A DNA stretch of 64,000 bases from the NCBI GenBank assembly GCA_004022145.1, contig RCNU01000007.1; one strand, written 5' to 3'. The stretch comes from Paecilomyces variotii (Eukaryota). Positions within the stretch are counted from its first letter, which is position 1; every line of letters starts with the position of its first letter. Below the pieces are notes generated by a model. It did no database searches. It was given only the letters and a program-made list of their open reading frames with translations, and was not told the DNA's origin. Position numbers and translations under genes: made by a program. Below are positions 37,202 to 50,690 of this stretch, piece after piece.

Positions 37202-40200
37202 CTATGCAACGACTTCTTTCTTCTTGAGCACACCCAGTTCTTCTAGTCGAGTCAAGACACGGCACACATCCGAGTTATTCTCGGATACTTCCTCCCCTAT
37301 GGAGGACCGCAGCTCCAGCCCGTCAAGAACCTTGATAGCACCACCTGTGGCAGCGTACAGCATGAGCTCCACGACTCTCCGTCGCAATTTTGTCGACTCA
37401 TCAAGGCAGGCCACGTATTTGCGGTCAGCTTCCACATCTGCGGGGGGCAGGGTGTACGGGTCATCGATCTCATGGCTTTGTTCAAGCTCACCCCCGTTTT
37501 CCCTCCAAGGGACCACTCGAGCAACATCTTGGTGCCCACCCAGATTGGCGCGAGCTGTAAATCCATCCTCATCAAGGCCCTTCTCTCTCCGGACTGGCTC
37601 TTCTTTGTCCTTCAGTCTACCGACTTCACTTCGTCCACTGCCGGACAGAGAGGGAGGGTAAAATCCAACCGTGAGAGGATTTCCGCGGAGATCAACTCTT
37701 TTCAGAGAGCTACGGTTCCCGCTCGAATCTTTGCCAACATGGGCCAGGACCTGACAAAGTCTTCTCAGTCTCGTAAAGCGATTGCCCACCAGCGTCAATC
37801 GTCCAAGACACTTCATGCCCACTATTCCACCTGCATCTGACAATGCATTGAAGTTGAGATTCAATACTTTGACGTTCGGAAAACTCATTGCAAAGTCCTC
37901 AGGAAGACTGGGGAGTGCACATGATGCAATATCCAATAGCTGCACGCTTCTCATTGGTACAGAAGGAGACAATGTGCGTGGCGACAGTCTGTTTGACGAC
38001 AGGAATATCTTGCGGACATCCTGCAGCAGACCAAGGTCAAGATCAAGAGACAGTGGCTTGTCTACTTCCTGAAAACTCTGCTCTCGTGCAGAAAGGATCT
38101 CAAGCTCGTGGCATTTGCCAATCCCGGCGATAGTCGACAACGAATTTCTGTCTACGTAGAGTAGGCTAAGCGATGGGAAAGAACTGACGTCCAAGGTGCT
38201 AATGCGGTTATCTGAAAGCTTGAGTGAACGCAGTCTGCGCAGCTTGACGTTGCAAGGCAGATCGCTGAGATGATTCGAACTCAGATCTAGGTCTTCGAGA
38301 GACGGCAAGTAAGCCACATTTTCAACGGAAGTCAGCCGATTGTGGCTCAAGTCGATTTCCGTCAACCGCGTCCTATTGAAAGTAGGTCAGTATCACGCAT
38401 AGTTGAGAGATTTTGATATACTCACAGCTCGGATCCTTCGAAATCCACTGCTGTCAGCTCGTTGTTCTTAAGTTTCAAGCTCAGTAGCCCGTCTAGATCT
38501 AGAATGCCGTCTATATTGCGGATCTTGTTATTATTTGCCTTCAGCTCCCTTAGATGAATTAAGCCCGAGAAGCCATCCAGGTTCTCCAACTCGTTTCCGG
38601 ACACATCCAAGTACTGGAGGTTGATAAGATGGCCCCATGCCGTGAGGCTGGAAAGACAGTTGCGTTGGATCCTCAAGTGTCGGAGGGTGGGAGGAACGCC
38701 ACTCAGCTGCCCGATATCATTATCCGAAGCATCCAGCTCCTCAAGCCTGGGGCAGAACTCATTGAGCCTGTGAAGAGTGATTAATCCCTTTTTGCTCAGA
38801 TCCAGACGTCGTATATCCTCCCAGTATGGCTCATACGGCTCAACATCCGTAATGTGCTTGATCAAATCCTCTGCTGCCAATGCGAAGGTGCCATGAACTT
38901 GACGCAAAGACGTGTGGTGGGCCCGCTGCGCAACATAACTGAGTTCAAGCTGAAGAGGGTCATCGATCTGATTGACAGTGAAATCGGGCAAAGGGCTAAG
39001 ATGGAAACTATACGAGGTGTCATTGCCGATGGACGAATACGACAAAGATCTCCGCCGGTCATTCGAAAGCGGAGTAGTTATCGAATCCTCGGCAGTGCGC
39101 TGTTGGATGACACTCAGGTTGTTTGTTGACTCTTCGCTCTGTTCATCTATGCGCGAAACTGACCGCCCAACGAAAGGCTTCCCCTCAAGAGACCTCCTGC
39201 GAGAAGAGTTCTTGACGTTCCGCAGCAATCTACCGGGATGAGGTCCATCCCGCGCTGTTTCTCTTGTACCGCCAGCGCCAGGGCTGGAGGCGTCATGCTC
39301 CGATGCCTGCGGGCTGGAATTCTCAGGATAAGCGACGTGAGACACCAGAGGAGAAGAGAAGCTGATCGTAACAACGCGCGGTTGACGAGTGGGACCGTCA
39401 GACTGAGGTGCAGCCGAGGTATGTCCATCATGGAGATGAATTTCGTGCTGGACCTCCTTCAAACGTTCGTCCGTCTGAGCATCTTTGTCGCGGGTTCGGT
39501 TCACGTCCAGTTCAGGCGTGCCCCATGATGTCGCCCTTGTATCCGTCTTTGGACCGCTAGAGTCAAATGGAGTAGCTTTCGATTGGACAGAACTGGCATT
39601 CACCGAAGGTTCCCCGTCCTTGCTCTGTGGCCGTGTCTCTAGCGACTGACCATCTTGGGACTCGACCGAATGGACACCATTCTTTGATTTGTGGGAAGCT
39701 TCGAGCTCCCGGATCCGCATCAGTTCTTGAATCTCATCCACGCTGAGATCTGAAATATCCTGAAACGGGTCGCCTTCGCTGTCATCGGTCCTTGATCTGT
39801 TTATAGATTCCACCCTACTCTTCTTTACCCACATGTGGGTTGCACGATCATAGCTCATCCCATTGACCAGCTCTGGGATCAAATGAGAAACCATATCCGA
39901 AGGGATCATTCCCTTCGCATTGGAACCATTTGAGGAACGAGTAGGAATCGAGCGACCACCAAGGCTGTTAGACGAGTCCTGCGTATTCATCGTGGTGCCA
40001 TCCTGAGACTTGGGCTCTGAATGCTTTCGTTTGCGTTGCATGAAAGGGTTCCCACGTATGCGGATATTTTGCGGGCTACTTTCTTCATCGATGTCCTTCT
40101 GACCGCGTTCCGCGAGACGCAAGGAAATCGTCGAACCGCTCATAGTAAGCTCCTGTTCATCTCGCTCTTCGAACTTCTTCAAGTGACTGGCAACTCGTGG

Positions 40201-42780
40201 GTTGTGGGGACGGATTTCTCTTAATCTGCGTAGATCCAAGCCGTCACGACTAGGCGGTCTGGAGAATTCCTCTTGGGTGGACTCGTCTCCAGAGGCTTCT
40301 TCACCGTCTGGGTTTATCATTCTGGACTCCTCCACACTCTCCAGGCCGTTAATCGTTTTACCCTTTGCTCTGATAATATTCATAACCTTCGTAGCCTCGT
40401 CTAGGAAATCCTGTGTGGTAATGGAGCCTTTTCGGACGTCTGTATTCATGGGATGACTGCCGGTTTTTCTTTGACCAGGCTTGGTGTTTTCGTCTTGAGA
40501 AGGCAGGTCTCTCTCGCCATTCTGTTGATCCTGCGTTGGCGTCTTTGGCGGTTGCAAATGCCCATTCTTTTCCAAGTCATACTCTATACCCTGCCGCGCC
40601 AGACTTTTCTGGAGCAGTGACATACTTCCCATGGTATCCGTGACGATATCTAACGTTTCGTCGAAGCTCTGAGGGTATTGGCCCGGTTTCTGCAACGTTC
40701 GACGTCTCTTGGGGGTCGACGTCCTTGCAGGAGTATTGAGGGCCCGTTTAATTTCAGAGTTATCCTGATAGAGAAGCACATCCTTGCTTGGGGGGTGTGA
40801 CCTCGCCCACGAAAGTATTCTGGAGTGACGGCGGCTGTTTCGGCGCGATCCCGTACCTTTGAGGCTTCGCTGGTTTTCTTGCTGCTGAACAGGTGAACTG
40901 AATGCTGCAGGCGATGAATTGTGCGTAGGACTGACCAGGGAATCGTCGAATATGCCTTTAGGTATAGCTTGCATGTTTGGAGACGTGTCCGAGAAGTCGA
41001 ACCTATCCAGCTGTCCCACTCCGAAGCGGTTCATGCGAGATTCCAAAGCACCCTGTGACCTCGGACGCGGAGACGATTGCGGAGAGCCATTGCCCTGGGG
41101 CTCGCGCCTCGAGTTTGGACGACTACGATTTCTGCCTCTCCGTCTAGAGCTCTCGCTGGGGGAAGGGGGTTCATCCTCCTCGGAAATGTCGGCAAACGTC
41201 TCTTCGAACTGGCTCATCCTCCGCAACAACTTATTGTTGGTAAAGGTATCATGGTTTCCAAATAGCTTCAGAGGGCTCACGGACGGTTTCATCGCGGCGG
41301 AGGAATCTCGAGCTGGAGTGACCGTGACAGCAGGAGGCGTAGGTGCGTCAGAGGGGATCTCGAACTGCTGGCGCGAAGGCCTGAACAGCTCGAATTGCGG
41401 CGGTGAACTGCGGATCTTGGAGTTGGCGAGGAAAGAGGGAGAGCGGAACTGCGAGGGAAAGGACGAAGGAGTCAACTGGCGAGCCTGGAAGGAAGCATCA
41501 TCGGCCGAGTATCCTCCCCGGCGCAAATTCACAAATGCACCGCGGGATGCGAAGTCCAGTGTGCCCATGGACAGGTCCTTGGGCAGAGAATGGCTGGTCA
41601 CGTCGAGCAGATCGTCTTCGGGGGACCCATCATCCTCGTCGTCACTGTTTTGATACATGATCCCACTGTCGCTAGCCCGTGAACTGGGCCGGTACCTCCC
41701 CTTTAACGACATCTTTTCGAGCTTGGTGTTCAGTTTCTGCAATGCAGATTCGATTATATCCGACGGCCCCTTCCCTTCCAGCGTATTGTTCCTCGATAAG
41801 AAAATGGGCGTCAGACCCTCATTCCGCAATTCCTCCATACCACTGACCGTCCTCGAGCGCATGTCCTGGTTTGGCCCACTGCGGTGGTAGCTGGGACTTG
41901 GCGACTCGCCCCTTGCGTCGTCCCGGGGCCGGTTTTCTTTGTCTGAATCTGGAGTGAAATCGAACGTTTTGTCGTCAGGTTCCTCCGCAGCTTTTGAGGC
42001 TTCCGCTGCCGCTTCCTTTGTTTCATGATGTACCTGGCTATCCTCTGCCCCCGTAGCGCCCTCCGTATCCTCCCCCTGTTTTCCCGACCCATTCTCTGTA
42101 AAGGCCCAAAAGGAGTCTGTCTGGCTGGGGAGCGCCAGTGTTTCCTGTCGCACTGCTCCTGAGCCCGGCGTAGGCGGTTTAAAAACACTCTCCAGACCTA
42201 TTGGCGCAAAGAGGTCGCACTGTTCACCGGCTGGAACCTCTCCGCGCACCAGTCTCTTGCGCCATTCCGGAGTCCCGTCTCCTCCGCTGCCTTTCTTCGA
42301 CATGCGCTGGACGGTTGAATTATGCTGTACCGTCTGGTTCGATGCGCTCGAGACCGCACGCGACGGTGGTTTCTTCGAGGGCGTGGAGGCCTGTCTGCGA
42401 TGCGCGGCCGAGCTCCGGGTCGGCCGCTTCGGGTCTGTTTTGGCAGCGTCCGAAGCAGGCGTCTTCTTCTCAATTGGCGTCTTTTTCACGGGCGTCTTCA
42501 CCAGGCGCGGCGTGAACTTGTTGGGGGTCTTTGGGGTAGGTGGTTCGCGTCTGATGGAATGACATGGGCGCGGAATCTTCTTCTTGTCGTCGTGCAGCGG
42601 CTGCTTCTTCTTCGGTGTCGTCGTCGAGTTGCGAACGGGGATGCGACTGGGGGTTGGCGAGTTGTGAATATTAATACTCGAGCGTCGCGACAGATCCGCA
42701 GGACTGGCAACTCCAGGAGAATCCCTGGGCTGGGAGACCCAGTCATCCGAAAGCGAATCCAGCCACGGTTGGTTGCCCAT
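37202..42780 (-). CDS. sepK: Leucine-rich-repeat SIN/MEN scaffold (SepK/Cdc11/Nud1)
   Basis: Exons 42780-38426 and 38372-37202 (GTGAGT..TAG), about 1840 aa. N-terminal WLDSLSDDW, SITTQDFLDEATKVMNIIR, GMSYDRATHMWVK and many C-terminal LxxLDxSxNxL repeats. Confidence 0.85.
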
Positions 42781-44238
42781 CTTGCTTCAACCACGGTTGT
42801 TTGGCGGTTCACAATGCGCGGCGCGAGATGCTAATTGCGCGCAAGGGCTCTATCATAACATGGTGGCATCCGCTATCGTTGCAATCAGCGCAGCAGAATC
42901 GAAGAGGGTATGTCGAGTAGAATCAGTAATATCGAGTAGTTTTGTCGGGGGGAGAATAATATAAGAACTGACAACAAGAACAAGAACAAGAATAATAAGA
43001 ACAAGCGCTTGTTGTGATGATGGGGGATGCTGACTTGTCCAGCGCCTGAAACACTTCCCAGTGGACCGAGCAAATGGCCCAAGCAACGGTTTAATGCAGC
43101 CACTCCTCTCTCTCAGGGCGATGCGCGGTACATGCGCTGCGTGCTAAAATAATAATCATCAAGGCTGCTAACTAACTAGTACTGAACTGGATAGTCTAGT
43201 CATCATTAATTAATTAATTAATTAATTCTCCTCGTCGACGATGCTTGCATTCAAAGTTGAAGCTAACTAAGGATGGTGGGCTGCGGCAAAATATCCCGTT
43301 GTCAATACTTAATCCAGTCGAAATGTAAACAATCATCAATGCCTCAAATAATCTTATCCCGCCACAGTCGCCCTTCTCATCTTTACTTTTATTTTCCAGA
43401 CGGCCATTCGCAGAAGCCACTTGCACGTATATTATTACCTTTCGCAAGCAGCGCTGGAGACAAAATCACAGCACAGACCAGAAAAGAACGGTTCGCTCAA
43501 TCAATAATGCTCTTATAACTCAAGAATGGATCTCTTGCGGCCCTTCATTCCCACAGTGGGTTAAATATCTATAGACCCAATTCCATTTGCGAACAGTCGG
43601 AATGGGTCCGTCGTCCGGGAAGATTGGATTCGAGCTGCAGGTGAAGTATTTATTTGCTGGTTTTTTTGGTCGACAGCCTCACTCGTACTTTGGGCTGCTA
43701 TTTCCTTCCATCCGAAGAGATAGGTTACAGGACCTGTTGCAACAGTTATCTTTCTTTCTTTGTTTCTTTCTTTCTTCTTACTTTCGATTAGAATAGGAAA
43801 TATGTGGTCATACTAAGTGCTCTCAATAGAGTTGGTCTCTACTACATCTAATGCCGAGTACCTGTGAACCTGGGTAGCTTTCCATCAGAAGATATTAGAG
43901 GCATAGTTCAGTGTGAGACGTGCACATGTTGTATATTGTTAGACTCGTCCTTCGAGGAGGAGACAGATCTGTTGGGAGTATTTGAAATGGCGGGGCTTGG
44001 AGGTCGACTATCGATATATATATTTCGCGGATCTACACAGCCCAGGGAGAGATCAATTTGGTGGACAACCTTAGAGATCTTCCGTATTTATTTTATTTTA
44101 TTCCACCTTACCCTTTTTTTTTAACTCACAAGAAAATTAATCTTCTAACTACAAACATTGTAATTACCTATTTACCCCAAGGCAATAGTGAATAATATGA
44201 TGGCCGTCGTTAATCAAGTCACCCTAAGTAATTAAGCG

Positions 44239-44276
44239 ACGCGTTGCCGGGGAAGCCAGACGCCCTTTTGACGCGT
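44239..44276. promoter_or_regulatory. Two perfect MCB elements (ACGCGT)
   Basis: ACGCGT at 44239-44244 and 44271-44276, about 250-290 nt upstream of the 44527 ATG. Confidence 0.55.
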
Positions 44277-44526
44277 TAAGTGCTTTCCACGAGATCGGAT
44301 GAGGCAACCTAGCTTGTAGTTACTTAGTGAATGCACCCACGCCATGGAGAGATCGAGTGAAGCTCAGCTGCCAGCCATGCGATAACTAACTCGTCGCTGA
44401 TCATCTCAAAGGCTTCAGCTATGCAGACATCCTCCATCGGTTCTCTCCCTCCGTCTCTGCTGCCCAAGCAGTTGTCCGCTGCGGCAGCTCATCCCCTCCG
44501 ATCCGACAAACCTCCTATCCGCCTAG

Positions 44527-46833
44527 ATGCCATTCCGGCGACCCATCTCGCCGCTCTCGCTCGAAACAGTCCCTACGCTGGAAGCAGAAGCCGGTGATCT
44601 TCTCGGGTCAGACGATGAGTTGGACGAGCCCGCCCGTGCGGCCAAACGCCGCAGAATCGAGCAGCTGGGGGAATCGTATCTGACGGGCCAGCCGTTGTTC
44701 ATACTGTCGGCCTCGCTCAGAGGCCCGTTCGATGATGGCTGGAATAATCCGTGGACGAAGACGAGGAAACAGGAAAAGAGCGCCAAAGAGACCCATCTTT
44801 TAGAAGAGACCGCGATTCCAGAGACAGATCCCAAAAGACGGAAGCTCCCAAATGCCCCAGGCTCAAAGGAGGGTAGACCCCGCAGTCATGGCCCTGCTGC
44901 CTATTCCAGTCCTCCTGTACCAGAGATAAATACCGGCCGCTTCACCAGGAGGGAAAACGGGAGAAGTGCACGTCACAGAAAGGGCGATCAAACTAGTCAA
45001 GCTCGGCTACAATCAGAACCAACACCAAGCTGCGTACCTCGATCAAGCGAGCCAGCAGCCGGTATCGAGCTCACGAGTTTTGTGGAGGAACCGGTCTCCA
45101 AGTCGTGGCTGAAGAGAGACCGTAGAAGAATGGAAATCTCGGACATACGCACACCTAATTCTCCTACCAGGCGCAGAGCCCGGAAACGTGATAGCTCGGA
45201 CGTGATGGCCAGGACGAAGCCATCGGGGCCAAGCATGGAGGAAATCACTCGTCTACGTCCTGCTATTTATACATGTTCCGGGGCTCTTCAACCCAACGAA
45301 CCAAATGCTGCCTCGAAACTCGCCCGAAACGAATACTGGCAATCCCAGTCAGTTCAAAGCATTCGGCACCATTCGACGCCGGCTTTTGGAGGAGGGACCC
45401 AGAATTCATCCACGACGATTCAACAAGAGGGCACGGCAGAGCGAATCCCAGATACTTTCAAAAGACCACGGCTGTTTGAATATCGCGAAGAGGATAGTCC
45501 ACCTGACTTGGACCGCATCGAATCACAAGCAGACGCTGCTCGAAAGGATAGTACTGACAAGCACGGTAAACGACTATCTCTTCATGTTGTCCCGCCATCC
45601 TCCCATCTACCCGAATTCGAATATCGTCGACTCAAGAATAACAAACATATCAAGTGGTCGTCTTCAAGACTCGCATCCCCAGCAGAGACCGGCAGTGAAC
45701 GAGAGGACGACAGCGGTGCGTCCGCAGTGCAAGCTTCTTCGAACAATAACACCTCATCTTCGAGACGGTCGTCCGTTCATTCAAATCGACAAAAGGATTC
45801 CAGTGAACCCCCGGTTCATTCCACTCTGAAGGACAGTGAAGGTAGCGCTGGCAACGAGCCAGGAGCCCGCTCCCCAGGCCTCGTCGCGATATCTGCGGTG
45901 ACTACATCGACCAGCCGGAATGTTGAGGTCACGTCGACTGAAGGCATTCAATCGGCACAGGTGGTGCCAGGTATTGCTGGTTCCCGCGATCACCTTGTAT
46001 CACTGCAATCAACCAATATTTCTGAACATAACACCGCCGAAGACGATCATCATGCTGATCATCAGCTTTCGACACAAGCTGCGTTACTCCTCGCGCAGAG
46101 ATCGTTCCAGGATGACCTTGCAACGCCGAAGACAGAGGTCGACGCAGAACTTGCAAGTGGCTCCTCAAGCCCCCGGTCCCATGAAGAGGACGATTCGCGG
46201 GTCTCAGTCGGAATTACCCCCTTTAATCAGGTCACTACTCCTCTCAAAGACCATCGTGGAGAGGGCCCAGTGACGGCCCGGAGAGAAGAGTTTCATGCGA
46301 TCAGCACCCAATACATGATCGATGCAATCACTCCTTTCACTTTCAGTTCTTCGACGAAGTCGTACGATCAATCTGGTTCCTCCAAACGGACCAAAACGAG
46401 TGCCCAATCCAAGAGGGCCAGCTTTGCGATGTCTCCTCCAGGTTCACCTAACTGCGTATCGCCGTCGTTGACAAAAGACTCTAGAGCGCAGAGTGGGCCT
46501 CCGACCGAAGAGCCGAAAGCCGAGTCTCATCGCGAGACAGAAATGGAACAAGTGACGTGTATTGGGCCCCGAAATAACCAGTCTGAGAGTCAGTCTACAG
46601 CCTTGCCCTTCACACTTTCCGGATCGACGCCTACTACGGCCCAACAGGATGGACAAGGGCCGGTTATGGAAGTGGGCACATTTGACCTCAGCCAAGCTAT
46701 TGAGGACGCAGGCAGCTGGCTCCAACAAAGCTGGGATGTGAATCGAGATATCCAACAGTACAGCAGCAAGAGCGCCACGTCCGCTTCCAGTCAGGCACAT
46801 AGAACGGCTGTGGGTATTGATACTGTCAGATAG
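44527..46833 (+). CDS. Uncharacterised, mostly disordered protein (768 aa)
   Basis: Long ATG ORF with no evident intron. Ordered-looking N-terminal block KRRRIEQLGESYLTGQPLFILSASLRGPFDDGWNNPW. Ser/Thr-rich body and C-terminal FDLSQAIEDAGSWL. Confidence 0.8.
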   Translation: MPFRRPISPLSLETVPTLEAEAGDLLGSDDELDEPARAAKRRRIEQLGESYLTGQPLFILSASLRGPFDDGWNNPWTKTRKQEKSAKETHLLEETAIPETDPKRRKLPNAPGSKEGRPRSHGPAAYSSPPVPEINTGRFTRRENGRSARHRKGDQTSQARLQSEPTPSCVPRSSEPAAGIELTSFVEEPVSKSWLKRDRRRMEISDIRTPNSPTRRRARKRDSSDVMARTKPSGPSMEEITRLRPAIYTCSGALQPNEPNAASKLARNEYWQSQSVQSIRHHSTPAFGGGTQNSSTTIQQEGTAERIPDTFKRPRLFEYREEDSPPDLDRIESQADAARKDSTDKHGKRLSLHVVPPSSHLPEFEYRRLKNNKHIKWSSSRLASPAETGSEREDDSGASAVQASSNNNTSSSRRSSVHSNRQKDSSEPPVHSTLKDSEGSAGNEPGARSPGLVAISAVTTSTSRNVEVTSTEGIQSAQVVPGIAGSRDHLVSLQSTNISEHNTAEDDHHADHQLSTQAALLLAQRSFQDDLATPKTEVDAELASGSSSPRSHEEDDSRVSVGITPFNQVTTPLKDHRGEGPVTARREEFHAISTQYMIDAITPFTFSSSTKSYDQSGSSKRTKTSAQSKRASFAMSPPGSPNCVSPSLTKDSRAQSGPPTEEPKAESHRETEMEQVTCIGPRNNQSESQSTALPFTLSGSTPTTAQQDGQGPVMEVGTFDLSQAIEDAGSWLQQSWDVNRDIQQYSSKSATSASSQAHRTAVGIDTVR

Positions 46834-47319
46834 AGCTGTTGGCTTTCAGGATTATTTCACTTAAGGCGAACGCCGGTCTTGGGAGGAGGGTTTGGATTAT
46901 GGAGTCGTCAGTTGGAGTACCTGAGGGGTGCCTGAGGAGTAGCTTATCTCTCATTTACTATTTTCATAAGCATAGGCGTTGTATATAATTGGATGCATAC
47001 ATAGAGGAGTTAGCGATGTAAATAGGTCTCCATATCTACATTGAGCGCTTTATGTTTTTCTTCAATGTTAGGTTGAAACTAAAATATAATGCCCTGTCCC
47101 TATATATTATTGCTTTTGAGATAGTCCGATTTTAAAAGAGACTCTTGAATATCTAATTTGTTCTACTTCCATCTGGTACTCTAGACTACCATAGTTAGTG
47201 GCAGCCATAGTGGATCCAATGAGCGGCCGCTAGTGAGTCGCCTGGAGCTCCGCGCGTGCCAACATCATCTCCGCGCATACCCATTATCGTCGCCTCATGG
47301 GCACGATTCGAAGAAGCAA

Positions 47320-50300
47320 ATGGCTCTGACTTCGGTGAGGGAAAATCCAACCTATAACCACAAAATTACAGGAACATGTTTCACTGACTCCGACTACCTC
47401 GAAATATATAGTGGAAAACGTTTAATTTCTTCGAAGTCTCGCAGGTGAAGCTGCCCGAGGAGAGCTCCTCGGTCTTCGACGTACGTATCGCCATCTCTCC
47501 CTCCCCCTCTCACCTGTTTCTATACGCGGGCTTTGTTTTTTCCCCCTTGGCTAATGCATAGTGTGGTGGTTGCGATAGAATGATGTTTCTTCCATATGTA
47601 CCGGCTCAGCGAACCTGTTCCTAGGCACCACTAATGGTATCGTCCATATCGTCTCGTCGGCGTTCAAGCTAGTGCGATCATTCAAGGCGCATGATGCGGG
47701 TTCTATTACGCATATGAAACAGGTCGAAGGGACGTCGTTATTGGTGACTATAGCGGAGGATCTGCTGAATGAGCCCGTGTTGAAGGTGTGGGCGCTGGAT
47801 AAGTCGGAGAAGAAGACTGGGGCGCCGCGGTGTCTTTCGTCGCTGTCTGTGCAGAATCAGAGGAGGCAGTTTCCGGTATGTGATGGGATCGATCGTTTTT
47901 GCGGGTGTCTGAGCTAATTGGTATTGGTAAAAGGTTTCGGCGTTTACTGCCTTACCCGACTTATCTCAGCTGGCGGTTGGTTTCGCGAATGGAGCGGTGA
48001 CGGTTATTCGAGGGGATCTGATCAATGATCGCGGGGCTAGACAAAGGATAGTTTTCGAGTCAGAGGAGCCGATTACTGGATTGGAGGTGCAGGTTGGAGG
48101 GATCACGAATCTTTACATTGCGACGACGAGTCGTATTCTCACGCTTGTGATCGCGGGTAGAGGCCAGGGACAGCCTGCGCGGGTGCTCGAAGATGCAGGT
48201 TGTGGACTGGGTTGCATGACGCTGGACAAGCAGACTGGAGATGTCCTCATTGCACGAGAGGATGCCATATACACTTATGATGCTCGGGGAAGGGGCCCAA
48301 GTTATGCTTTCGAGAGTCCAAAAACCTCAATCGACACGTTCAGTGATTATGTGGTCCTGGTCTGTCCGCCGAAGACGACAAAGTCGGATCCTTTGCGGAG
48401 GCTCGGTCAGATGGATGACCTTTTGAGTACATCGACGTTCACGCTGCTGGATACTGATCTTAAGTTCATTGCTCATACGGAATCGCTGGCGTCGAGGCCG
48501 AAGAGCATTTTCATGGAATGGGGGGATCTTTTCCTTCTCACGACGGACGGAAAGGTGAGCATCCGGGACCGAACGTGCGTTAAGCAAGCTGTCTAATGAT
48601 AATTTAGGTCTACCGCTACCATGAAAAGTCTCTACAGCAGAAGCTAGAGATTCTCTATCAGCGCAACCTTTACATTCTGGCAATCAACCTAGCGCAGAAG
48701 GCTGGTGTTGACGTTTACCAGCAGAACGTCATCTTCCGGAAATATGGTGATTACCTTTACCAGAAAGGGGACTACGATACGGCAATGCAGCAATATCTCA
48801 GGGCGATCGATAACACGGAACCTTCTCAAGTCATTAGAAAGGTTGGTTCAGTTTATTTATTTCGTCAAATCGTGTGAGGTATATTCAGTGGCTGATAAAG
48901 ACGCAGTTCCTGGATACGCAGCGGATACATAACTTGATCGAGTATTTGGAGGAGCTTCACGAGCATGATCGTGCGACGGCAGATCATACGACGCTGCTCC
49001 TGAATTGTTATGCCAAGCTAAAGGACACAGGCAAGCTGGACTCCTTTATAAAAGCTCCTGGCGAGCTTAAGTTCGATCTCGAGACAGCCATAGCTATGTG
49101 TCGACAAGGCGGGTATTTCGAGCAGGCAGCGTATTTGGCTACGAAGCACGGAGAGAATGAGATGGTCGTCGACATTCTCATTGAAGACTCGAAGAAGTAT
49201 GCGGAAGCAGTTGAATTCATCTGGCGACTGGAGCCCGAGGAGGTGCGTATTACCGCGGATGTTCATCTTATCTTTAGAAGCTCAAACCTGACTTGTTCTA
49301 GGCCTATCCTAATCTCATTAAATACGCGCGGGTGCTGCTATCGCACTGCCCGCAAGAGACGACGCAGTTGTTCATAGACTACTACACGGGCAAATACCGA
49401 CCGAAGAAGGAGATTGAGGCTCCCGCAAAACCAGAGGAGCAACCTGGCAGCGCAGTTTCAAACCTGGCCGCTTTAATACCTCTCCCTTACATGAGCGTCG
49501 GTGGTGGTCACAAGTCTCGACCCAGCGAACCTGAGGTTTCCACAGAAGATAAGACGGCTGAGACGCCAGTTGAATACGACATTCCCAAGCCTAGGACCGC
49601 GTTTTCCTCGTTTGTGGACCACCCACAGGAGTTTATCAGATTCCTGGAAGCGCTTATCCAGCAAGAAGACCTGAAGAAAGAGGATAAAATCGATCTATAC
49701 ACCACTCTTTTTGAAATGTATCTTGACACGGCGAACGGAAAGAAGGATAATACGGAGAAACAGGAATGGCAGGACAGAGCCAAGAAGTTGATTGAGGGCA
49801 AAGACGTAAGGATAATGAAAACCATCACAGGGTGCATGGCTAATCCCGTCGACAGATACCTATCTCAACCTCAAACGTCCTGCTTCTTTCGGATTTGGCC
49901 AACTTCCGAGAGGGCACAACTCTGGTGCGCGAGCAAGAGGGACTTCGAGCGGATATCTTTCGGTCCTACACCGCTGCGAAGGATACGCAAGGCGTGATAA
50001 GAGCTTTGAGGAAGTATGGCCCCCAGGAGCCACAGTTATATATCGATGCGTTGGCGTACTTTGCCTCTAGCCCGAAGATACTGGAAGAAGCAGGCGACGA
50101 ACTAGATGTCGTTCTCAGAAAGATCGACGAGGATGGCCTCATGGCGCCACTCCAGGTCATTCAGTCTCTCAGCAATAACGCTGTCGTCACAATGGGTATG
50201 GTAAAGAGGTATCTTAGCAGCAATATTGAGCGGGAGCGGAAGGAGATCACAACGGTGAGTTTGACACCTTCATCAACCACCTTTTTCTGTCTTTTAACAC

Positions 50301-50690
50301 TGACTCTCGATGTAGAATCGCCGCCTCATATCCAGCTACAATGCTGAAACCGAGAGCCGAAAGAAGGAGATCGAGGAGCTGGGCAACAAGCCCGTCATCT
50401 TCCAATCCCGTCGCTGCATGTATTGTCGTGACCCACTAGACCTCCCAACCGTCCACTTCCTCTGCAAGCACTCATTCCACCAGCGATGTCTCGACAAACC
50501 CGACGAGAATCCAGAATGTCCAGTGTGCGCGCCACAAAATGCCACGATCAAGGAGATCCGCAAGAGACAAGTAGACTGGGCAGACCAGCACGATCTTTTC
50601 GCTGGGGAACTTCAGCGCAGTCGAGATCGGTTCGGTCTCATCAGCGAGTTCTTTGGAAGAGGAGTCATGCGACCGCAGAGTACGGAGTGA
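47320..50690 (+). CDS. VPS11: Vacuolar protein sorting protein Vps11/Pep5 (HOPS/CORVET core)
   Basis: Nine exons: 47320-47334, 47412-47480, 47579-47875, 47934-48554, 48608-48841, 48907-49242, 49302-49805, 49856-50254, 50316-50690. Start MALTSWKTFNFF, HTTLLLNCYAKLKD and C-terminal RING (CMYC..LDLPTVHFLCKHSFHQRC..CPVC). Confidence 0.93.

Noticed and set aside
43205-43227. (TAAT)n runs here and near 11125 and 31209
   Set aside because: Simple AT microsatellites with no element structure.
43574-43608. Isolated hairpin GACCCAATTCC..GGAATGGGTC
   Set aside because: A single imperfect stem with no other supporting signals, compatible with chance.
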